IMG/VR virus record: IMGVR_UViG_3300021092_000026
Span: 10,852-74,851 of that record
Direction: 5' to 3' (one strand)
Origin: a virus
Length of the DNA stretch: 64,000 nt
A program made the translations under genes and the position numbers. Shown in pieces: positions 57,172 through 64,000 of this stretch (its first letter is position 1; each line of letters begins with the position of its first letter). The notes beneath the pieces were generated by a model. The model was not told the DNA's origin and searched no databases. It saw only the letters and a list, made by a program, of their open reading frames with translations.

Positions 57172-57819
57172 TTAATTATTGTAATCTTTAGTAAGTTTAG
57201 CAGCATAAGCCATAGCTTCTTGTGGAGTTTTAAATGTTTTGGAAGTTTTATCAAATATTGAATAATCATCAATATCCTCAGCTTGTACAGAAAATTCACC
57301 TTTTTCATCAATACCCATTGTAATTGTTCTATACTCATTGTTTGGTAAATTATATATTATACCACCTGTATCACTATTTATATCCGCTACCGAGTCGCCA
57401 CCAGTGACCTTATCCAATATACGTTTCATATCATTTGCTGCCGATTGTGGAAACTTTCTAACCTCATTACCGTATCTATCTTTACTTACTTCTGGTTTCC
57501 ATGCTTGGGGGTTCACATCAACCGATGGTAATGATTGAGATGATTTGGTATTTGCTCCCTGAGATTTTGGTTGAGATGATGATTTGGTATCTGCTCCCTG
57601 AGATTTTATTGCGGCTTGATATGCTGGGTGATCATGGGAGTAAGATAATGCGCTTGATACTTTAATTACCCTACCAGTCTTAGGATTGGTTATAGTTTGA
57701 TTATCTTCACTCAATATCCATCCTTTATTTATCAACTCTTTTAAACGAATGGGTATTTTTGGTTGTATGAGTTTTTGAACTTCCTCTCTAATAATTTGTC
57801 TTAATTGGGATAGTTTCAT
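57172..57819 (-). CDS. Leader-family protein with NPxTGR module, unknown cargo
   Basis: MKLSQLRQIIREEV..ITNPKTGRVIKVSSALSYSHDHPAYQAA; alternative start at 57831. Confidence 0.8.
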   Translation of the reverse strand: MKLSQLRQIIREEVQKLIQPKIPIRLKELINKGWILSEDNQTITNPKTGRVIKVSSALSYSHDHPAYQAAIKSQGADTKSSSQPKSQGANTKSSQSLPSVDVNPQAWKPEVSKDRYGNEVRKFPQSAANDMKRILDKVTGGDSVADINSDTGGIIYNLPNNEYRTITMGIDEKGEFSVQAEDIDDYSIFDKTSKTFKTPQEAMAYAAKLTKDYNN

Positions 57820-57897
57820 TGTTTGTTTCATTTTTTGTTTCCTTTTTAGTTTTATATAAATATAGTTCTTTAAGTTAATACATCCTCAAATGGATAA

Positions 57898-58197
57898 TTA
57901 TCCAAAAAGCCTCTTTTCCTTACACCACTTTTTCCATTCTGGCGTTTTAAATAATTTTTCTGTTAGTTTATCCCACTCATTGTTAATTTTGTATATAGTG
58001 GGTTTTGACCATAGTTGCTCTATACTTCTGGAATTGTATAACATTTTACGAGCACGATTTTCAATATGGTATAACCTCTCCACATCCTTTATGAACTTAG
58101 GTGAGTAATTAGCCCTATCATCATCGGATATAGTAACTTCGTTTATTACCCGTCTAACCTCTTCTCTGATAATATATCTTAGTTCGGATAGTTTCAT
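57898..58197 (-). CDS. Leader-family protein, unknown cargo
   Basis: MKLSELRYIIREEVRRVINE/V. Confidence 0.8.
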   Translation of the reverse strand: MKLSELRYIIREEVRRVINEVTISDDDRANYSPKFIKDVERLYHIENRARKMLYNSRSIEQLWSKPTIYKINNEWDKLTEKLFKTPEWKKWCKEKRLFG

Positions 58198-58221
58198 TGT
58201 TTGTTTCCATTTTTATTTATA

Positions 58222-59043
58222 TTAATCACGCCCCACACCATTATCAGTTACAAACACCAATCCGTTTTTCGCAAATTCACTACGACTGGTTGGTATTTCT
58301 ATATCATTTCCTTTATTATCTTTTACAGTAGAACCACCCGGATAAGCAGTAATTAAACTGAATAATGGTTTTCCATTTGCATCTTTACCGATTGGAGCTG
58401 CAATAACGGTCATTTTATTTGTTGAATCCCGTGTACCAGCCACAACCTTGACCGATTCATCAGGATTTTTGGGATTTCTCATATTATAATTTTTTGCATT
58501 TTTTACCATATCCGGCTTATATGATACACCCATCCCACCAACGGGTTTTGGTGCTTCAATTTCAAATCTATATGTACCATTGTCTTGAATAATCGGCTCT
58601 TTATCCATTGCCTGTGTAATTAAATTATCCACCTCGTTATCAGATATAGTAAAAGTACTACCAGGTATTGATGTATCTTTATGCCTCCCCGCTATATGGG
58701 TAGCACTATCGGATGAACGATATAATGTATTATTTTTACCAATTACTACATCTTCAGGTTTAACTTTTGTACCTTTTAAAAATTTATTATTATCAATAGT
58801 ATTCTGAACAACATCAACTTCTTTTTTAGTTGGTAATTTATTTGCTTGAGGTGTATTAGTTTTATTTTTTGGACCCATTGATGCAACTGCTGCCTTATAG
58901 GCAGGGTGCGATTTATCATATCCTAGCGCACTAGTTACTTTAATAGTTCTACCTGTTTGGGGGTTTACCACCGTTTCGCCGGCTTCTTTTATTACCCGTC
59001 TAACCTCTTCCCTAATTAGTTGTCTTAATTCATGTAATTTCAT
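58222..59043 (-). CDS. Leader-family protein: NPxTGR module plus putative RNase-toxin-like domain
   Basis: MKLHELRQLIREEVRRVIKE; THIAGRH..STF..LITAYPG. Confidence 0.7.
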   Translation of the reverse strand: MKLHELRQLIREEVRRVIKEAGETVVNPQTGRTIKVTSALGYDKSHPAYKAAVASMGPKNKTNTPQANKLPTKKEVDVVQNTIDNNKFLKGTKVKPEDVVIGKNNTLYRSSDSATHIAGRHKDTSIPGSTFTISDNEVDNLITQAMDKEPIIQDNGTYRFEIEAPKPVGGMGVSYKPDMVKNAKNYNMRNPKNPDESVKVVAGTRDSTNKMTVIAAPIGKDANGKPLFSLITAYPGGSTVKDNKGNDIEIPTSRSEFAKNGLVFVTDNGVGRD

Positions 59044-59068
59044 TGTTGGTATTTCGTTATTTCTTTTA

Positions 59069-59407
59069 CTATGATTTTTTTATTGAGTTAATATATGTTC
59101 TATAAACTCCGGCAGCAGTTACCTTACCAGCAGCTTTTGCACGTTGTTCCATCGCTATAGCTGCTTGTATTTTATGTGCATGAGGTTTACCCGATTTCTT
59201 TATCTTACTAACACTAGCAGTTGCATCTTTTACTGTAGCAAATTTTAATCCATGTATTGTTCCTTCAGGATTTTCATCAGTATATAAATCGGAGTGCTTG
59301 CTAGAATTTCTATGCTGACCGGGTTTTCGTGCAATTCTATTTTCTGCTTCGTTTATTACCCGTCTAACCTCATCCCTAATTAGTTGTCTTAATTCAGATA
59401 GTTTCAT
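59069..59407 (-). CDS. Leader-family basic protein
   Basis: MKLSELRQLIRDEVRRVINE/A..SDLYTDENP; true start 59407. Confidence 0.8.
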   Translation of the reverse strand: MKLSELRQLIRDEVRRVINEAENRIARKPGQHRNSSKHSDLYTDENPEGTIHGLKFATVKDATASVSKIKKSGKPHAHKIQAAIAMEQRAKAAGKVTAAGVYRTYINSIKKS

Positions 59408-59411
59408 ACAA

Positions 59412-60224
59412 TTATACCTTAACAATTTCTATTTTTATTTTTGGTTCATATCCAGCAGGGAATTTGGTTTTTATACCCCCGAAATGATTAACTTTATCTG
59501 AAAAGTATGTAAACTGAAATATTTTATCGGTTAAATTCATCACCACCTGCGATGATGTAAACATCTTTTCAGTATCCCTCTTCATATTCAACATAGGTTT
59601 TGTTGGGAAAAACTCTTTACGCATCGCTGCCGCAATCTCTCTCCAGTCATTAACCCCATCAACTTCCTTTTCTGCTGTTACTTTGCGTATTTTTGATGAT
59701 AGGTATTTTTCACCTTCAGTATAACCCGCATCAGTAAATACATGCCCGTGATTTGTTCTTACTATCGGAGATTCAATATTTCTTAATTTCACTTCGGGTT
59801 TATGCTTTGATGTAGTTTCAATACTTACCATATACTTTGGGGATGAAATAAAGGTATGCCCCTTTAAAGCCAATTTACTCTTACCTCTATATGTAAGAGC
59901 AGACCGGATAGCATCAATTAGTTTAGGTTGTTTTATGATATTTCTAATTTTATTCCCATCAGGACCAGGCTTTCCACCCTTTTTAACAATTTTATGCTCA
60001 CTTTCATCCCGACCAACCAAAAGAGCAGAATTTACAACACCTATACCAAACTCATTCATACCCTCACTCCAATCGGTTATCAAATCATACAAATATACCA
60101 CTTCAACACCATCAAATAAAGTATGGATAATCTCTAATTTAGGTTTATATGCTCTATCCCTATTTTTAGCGAGTATAAACTTATCACCAACTTCTTTAGA
60201 AACAATTATACACTCTTTAATCAT
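59412..60224 (-). CDS. Ntn-hydrolase (C45/NRDE-like) with an MIKE prosegment before the nucleophile Cys
   Basis: MIKE-CIIV..LAKNRDR..SEGMNEFGIGVVNS..VRTNH. Confidence 0.75.
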   Translation of the reverse strand: MIKECIIVSKEVGDKFILAKNRDRAYKPKLEIIHTLFDGVEVVYLYDLITDWSEGMNEFGIGVVNSALLVGRDESEHKIVKKGGKPGPDGNKIRNIIKQPKLIDAIRSALTYRGKSKLALKGHTFISSPKYMVSIETTSKHKPEVKLRNIESPIVRTNHGHVFTDAGYTEGEKYLSSKIRKVTAEKEVDGVNDWREIAAAMRKEFFPTKPMLNMKRDTEKMFTSSQVVMNLTDKIFQFTYFSDKVNHFGGIKTKFPAGYEPKIKIEIVKV

Positions 60225-60241
60225 TGGTTATTTCTACTATT

Positions 60242-61225
60242 TTAGTATCTAGTCATTTTGGCCATAAACTTAGCCCACTTATCAGGCTCAAATTGGTCCT
60301 TCATTTTAACTATTAGATTTGCAGCAGGAACTTTTAATGCGTTTCCAGTCATTAAGGATTTAACAACATATGAACTACCCTCTTTTCTATATATAGGTAA
60401 AACATCCCTAACATAAATCGGTTCTTTTTCCAATGAATCCAAATCTTTTACCATGCCGCTCTTTTTTACTAATGCAGCACCAATAAAGGAACTTGCGTTT
60501 TTAACTGCTGCTTCTATCTTATCTAAGTCAGCATCGTACTTACCTTCGTTTATGGATTCAACTGATTCATCAATTGCGTTTGGGTATTTAGTTTTCTTTG
60601 CTAAATCTAAAAGTTTTTTGATATCAGACGGATTGTTTCTATTGTATTTATCAGCGTTCTTTTTATCTTTGAAAATTGCAGATACTTTTTTACCATTATC
60701 ATCAATCATAATGATAATACCCTTTTTACCAAAGTGTCTTTCATCAGATACCGAAATTCCTTCGTTTACTGATTCTTTAACTTCAAATTGTTTTACGGCC
60801 TTTAAAAACGAATTAAAATCTCGTGCCTTTTTGAGCGCATCTGCAATATGAGGTCTATCCATTAAGTTACCATATTTTTTTTCAAAATTAGGATTGTGAC
60901 CGGATGTATCTTTGGCCATAGTATAAAACTCTTTCCAATTTATATTTGCTTCATTTATAGATTCCGCAACAAGCCGGCCGTCTTTATCTGCCACATAATA
61001 AGCAGTCATATTAGATGAACCACCTCTGTCTTTTTCAATCTTTTCTACTGCTTTTTTAGCATCTTTATATGATGAGTATGAATCTTTGAAAATTCCTCTA
61101 CCTAATCCTCTACCTTTATTATATCCTACATAATATAAAATTTCATTTAGATTATGTTTAGTTACTGATTTTGCAATCTTTATAACCTCTTCTCTGATTA
61201 GTTGTTTTAGTTGTTGTGGTTTCAT
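60242..61225 (-). CDS. Leader-family putative polyprotein
   Basis: MKPQQLKQLIREEV; LNE, ESINE, ESVNE and ESVESINE separate domain-sized segments. Confidence 0.75.
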   Translation of the reverse strand: MKPQQLKQLIREEVIKIAKSVTKHNLNEILYYVGYNKGRGLGRGIFKDSYSSYKDAKKAVEKIEKDRGGSSNMTAYYVADKDGRLVAESINEANINWKEFYTMAKDTSGHNPNFEKKYGNLMDRPHIADALKKARDFNSFLKAVKQFEVKESVNEGISVSDERHFGKKGIIIMIDDNGKKVSAIFKDKKNADKYNRNNPSDIKKLLDLAKKTKYPNAIDESVESINEGKYDADLDKIEAAVKNASSFIGAALVKKSGMVKDLDSLEKEPIYVRDVLPIYRKEGSSYVVKSLMTGNALKVPAANLIVKMKDQFEPDKWAKFMAKMTRY

Positions 61226-61239
61226 TGTTTGTTTCTCCG

Positions 61240-61545
61240 TTATTTTATTACTTCTTTATATTTTAATTTAGAACCCTTTACTAACTTTATAAATTTTTCC
61301 CAATCCTTCCCATTAGGATCATTAAGAGATTTTTCAAAAGTAGCGTAACCAGAAGGTGCGTTTACAGCATAATAACCACCCCTAGACCCCCCAACATCTT
61401 CGGATACTGAAAGTTTATTCTTCATCCTTATTTCGTTTGCTTTATCATAATCTTGTTTGTGTATATAAAGCGCCTTAACAACCCCTTCTTTAAGTACCTT
61501 TCTAACTTCTTCTCTGATTAGTTGTTTTAGTTGTTCTAATTTCAT
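61240..61545 (-). CDS. Leader-family protein, unknown cargo
   Basis: MKLEQLKQLIREEVRKVLKE/G. Confidence 0.8.
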   Translation of the reverse strand: MKLEQLKQLIREEVRKVLKEGVVKALYIHKQDYDKANEIRMKNKLSVSEDVGGSRGGYYAVNAPSGYATFEKSLNDPNGKDWEKFIKLVKGSKLKYKEVIK

Positions 61546-62081
61546 TTTATCTCCGATATATAATTACTTAATTGCTTTATAGTATTACCTACATTTGCGT
61601 TTTTGTGTAATATTCCAATACCCCCTGCGGCCTCCCACTTTGTTATGAAATCTTTTCTATCATCAATCAATATAGATGTGGGTGTAGCCCAATTTTGTTT
61701 TTGATAGTTGATTATTGTAGGTGGGTTTCCTAAGTATTTTTTTATCCATATCACCTTACCCTTTTTAGATTCGGATATATTGTATGAAGGTGCGGATAGT
61801 ATAATTGGGTCAAATCTCTTAATCTTTTTCCATAGTAGTAAACCATTTTTTAATGGTGGTAATCCGGCCCAATACTGATACTCCTTCATACCCTTTTGTT
61901 CAACCATTTTGTTGAAATCATCCCAAAATTGTTTTCTTTCTTCGGGAGTTGTGTATATTTGCCCAGTTGGTTTTCCCATAAACTTTTCATACCCAGTTAC
62001 AAAATCAACCAACACACCATCCATATCGCAATATATTTGGTATTGTTGGGATTCTTTTAATAATTGGGCTAATTTAATCAT
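61542..62081 (-). CDS. HAD-family 5'(3')-deoxyribonucleotidase-like protein with a short leader
   Basis: MIKLAQLLKE; DMDGVLVDF, ILSAP, ILIDDR, WEAAGGIGI. Confidence 0.85.
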   Translation of the reverse strand: MIKLAQLLKESQQYQIYCDMDGVLVDFVTGYEKFMGKPTGQIYTTPEERKQFWDDFNKMVEQKGMKEYQYWAGLPPLKNGLLLWKKIKRFDPIILSAPSYNISESKKGKVIWIKKYLGNPPTIINYQKQNWATPTSILIDDRKDFITKWEAAGGIGILHKNANVGNTIKQLSNYISEIK

Positions 62082-62105
62082 ACATATAAATATGATTTTT
62101 TTATC

Positions 62106-62363
62106 TTATCCTTTATATATATTGTGGTTTTTTTCTATTAGTATATATATTCCGGCTTTGCCAAAAGATATCTGATAACCCCAAAACCGATTATCTAATG
62201 TAATACCATAATCTTTTAAACTGAATATTATTTTTGATTCATCTCTCCCACGGAATACCGCATGAACAGTACTATCAGCGTAATCAATAGATACACCAAC
62301 AACTTCAGATATCATCCATTTTGGGGTGATGTGTAATTCTTCAACAGGTATGTGTATTACCAT
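62106..62363 (-). CDS. Hypothetical protein
   Basis: Intact ORF. Confidence 0.6.
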   Translation of the reverse strand: MVIHIPVEELHITPKWMISEVVGVSIDYADSTVHAVFRGRDESKIIFSLKDYGITLDNRFWGYQISFGKAGIYILIEKNHNIYKG

Positions 62364-62369
62364 TTTTGG

Positions 62370-63005
62370 TTATTTTTCATTATCATAAAACATTCTATCA
62401 GAATCTTCTGTACTCCACTTTTCGTAACCTTCACAATTATAATAATCTTTATTAACCAAGTAATCGGGTTTTTCCGGAAAAGGTTTGGTAACGAAACTAG
62501 GTTCAAACCATTTTATTCGGTTATTAGGTTGTAGTGCAATTTGACCATTCTCCAATAAAATAATGTGGTGAGATTTATGCTCCAATGGATCTTCAGATAA
62601 TGTTAGATCAGTATTAAAATCATTACTACCCCAATTTATTGTAGCGTAATAATTTCCTTTATAAAATTTTCTATCTTTCATATAAACCTCCACCGGTGTA
62701 TCGTACAAATACGATAAGTGTATTAAGGTAAAATTATATGAAAAACAATTCCAAATTTGTAAATAGTGAAATGGTAAATCAGGATTTGGGGATTTAGGTT
62801 CAGTTAAAAGGGCATGACTTGGTAACTTATCTCTGAGAACCCCATTTTCTAAAAGAACCTGAAATAATGCGGCTTGTCCTGGCATACACCTTACAGATAT
62901 AACAACACCAGGTGTAAATTCTCCATGTCCCTTGATGCCTTGATATAAGTATTCATTTCTAAGAAACACCTTTAATGGAAAAAAATTGTGTTCGATATAT
63001 GCCAT
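62370..63005 (-). CDS. Hypothetical phage protein
   Basis: LQIWNCFSY..EHKSHH..NGQIALQPNNR. Confidence 0.75.
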   Translation of the reverse strand: MAYIEHNFFPLKVFLRNEYLYQGIKGHGEFTPGVVISVRCMPGQAALFQVLLENGVLRDKLPSHALLTEPKSPNPDLPFHYLQIWNCFSYNFTLIHLSYLYDTPVEVYMKDRKFYKGNYYATINWGSNDFNTDLTLSEDPLEHKSHHIILLENGQIALQPNNRIKWFEPSFVTKPFPEKPDYLVNKDYYNCEGYEKWSTEDSDRMFYDNEK

Positions 63006-63151
63006 TATATCCTACTTATATTCATTTTTATCTTCCTCATCAAACAAATCCAATCCTTTGTAATCGGAATGATTTTGTTTCATATAATCAATACACCTTA
63101 CCCAAAAAATGGATAAGGGTACTACAATAAGTAGTATAATTAAAATTGCTA

Positions 63152-63421
63152 TCATCGTAATTGTGGGGTAACTAAAAAATGAATAACTTTAAAAAGTGAT
63201 GTTCTTGAATCACACCCCTGTTCAGTCCATATCCACCTGTTTTCGTGTGAATCATCAATGTGAGTTTTACCATCTAACCAATTTATCACTTCTTCCATAT
63301 TCATATTTTTACACACAACCCCCCATTGGTCTATAATATCAAATCCTTTGTTTAAGGTGTATTGATACCTTCTTATTTTGAGGTTTGCTCCCTCATTATT
63401 AATTAGTGTTAATTCGTTCAT
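63152..63421 (-). CDS. Hypothetical protein
   Basis: Intact ORF with ATATTTAT upstream. Confidence 0.6.
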   Translation of the reverse strand: MNELTLINNEGANLKIRRYQYTLNKGFDIIDQWGVVCKNMNMEEVINWLDGKTHIDDSHENRWIWTEQGCDSRTSLFKVIHFLVTPQLR

Positions 63422-63448
63422 AGATTATTTTTTTATTATAAATATCCA

Positions 63449-63673
63449 TCAATTTGATAAAGTGTTGGGTTCATACTTATGTTTAACCGCTTCATAAAAA
63501 TCAGGAGCATACTTTTTTGCTAAATACATATAGTATTTGTTTTTAACATTCTCATCTTCCGTTGTCTCATATTCAATTAAATCTCTAAGACGAGCAGCCA
63601 TTTCGTATCGTTCAGTTTGAACACACCAATCTAAACGTTCTTGCATTATGTCAATGTAATCGTTTTGAGTCAT
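63449..63673 (-). CDS. UvrB/UvrC-motif protein
   Basis: ERYEMAARLRDLI. Confidence 0.6.
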   Translation of the reverse strand: MTQNDYIDIMQERLDWCVQTERYEMAARLRDLIEYETTEDENVKNKYYMYLAKKYAPDFYEAVKHKYEPNTLSN

Positions 63674-63698
63674 AGTTGTTTAATTTGATAAAGGTGCT

Positions 63699-64000
63699 TT
63701 AATTTTTTAATTTACTAAGTGTTTTTAATGTCTTTAACAATGAATCAGGAGTTACTGAGATTGTATCTATTCCCTCTTTCACAAGAAACTCCGCGAAATC
63801 AGGAAAATCAGAAGGGCCCTGCCCACAAACACCAACCTTCGTATTTGTTTTTTTACTAATTTTAATCAGGTGGGATATTGCCCTTTTTACTGCTATGTTT
63901 CTTTCATCATAGATTGAAGATACTAAAGCAGAATCTCTATCTAAACCTAAAATCAGTTGTGTTAAATCGTTAGACCCGATTGAAAAACCATCAATATGTT
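63699..64000 (-). CDS. ppsA: Phosphoenolpyruvate synthase, C-terminal part; the 5' end lies outside the window
   Basis: Manual translation: DGFSIGSNDLTQLILGLDRDS..DERN..VGVCGQGPSDFPDFAEFLVKEGIDTISVTPDS. Confidence 0.9.
   Translation of the reverse strand, partial: HIDGFSIGSNDLTQLILGLDRDSALVSSIYDERNIAVKRAISHLIKISKKTNTKVGVCGQGPSDFPDFAEFLVKEGIDTISVTPDSLLKTLKTLSKLKN

Noticed and set aside
1773-62534. All plus-strand ORFs in the track, including 53985-54608
   Set aside because: They are antisense shadows of well-supported minus-strand genes or low-complexity frames without motifs
1-64000. Stop-codon recoding, as seen in some large phages
   Set aside because: Long genes are intact in the standard code, TAG and TGA act as stops, and no suppressor tRNA is present (the 36988 tRNA reads TCT, not CTA)

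Overview
This window is part of a large, AT-rich tailed (myovirus-like) phage genome. The host is probably in Bacteroidota, based on -33/-7 promoters, a T9SS C-terminal domain and a DUF4494-like gene. Essentially all genes lie on the minus strand and use the standard code. From low to high coordinates it contains: (1) a fractured gene encoding a cytidyltransferase-like plus RNA-ligase-like protein, split by a natural split intein whose halves flank a free-standing Vsr/DUF559-like homing endonuclease; (2) DNA metabolism genes (fused Mre11-Rad50/SbcDC, primase, Mom-like DNA modifier, T7 endonuclease I-like resolvase); (3) a baseplate/tail structural block; (4) sigma-like factor, HD hydrolase, ClpP, UvsE, Hsp20 and a MoxR AAA+/VWA pair; (5) auxiliary genes (thioesterase, dCMP deaminase, RpiB, T9SS cargo, Pnk/Rnl1, FkbM) and five tRNAs; (6) small early-type genes behind a repeated composite promoter carrying DnaA boxes; (7) a ~1.1 kb non-coding low-complexity repeat region; (8) an array of about 11 genes sharing an MKLxxLRQLIREEV...[IL]xE leader fused to unrelated domains; (9) the 3' end of a PEP synthase gene. 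The strongest candidate new system is the leader array, inferred to be capsid-targeted, prohead-protease-processed effectors, including a probable Ntn-hydrolase zymogen and a polyprotein. The other main candidates are the split intein inside a ligase KxDG motif, a 25-bp duplex between the hsp20 5' and 3' UTRs, the DnaA-box promoters, and a Shine-Dalgarno difference between late and early genes. All family calls come from reading motifs by eye; no database search was run.
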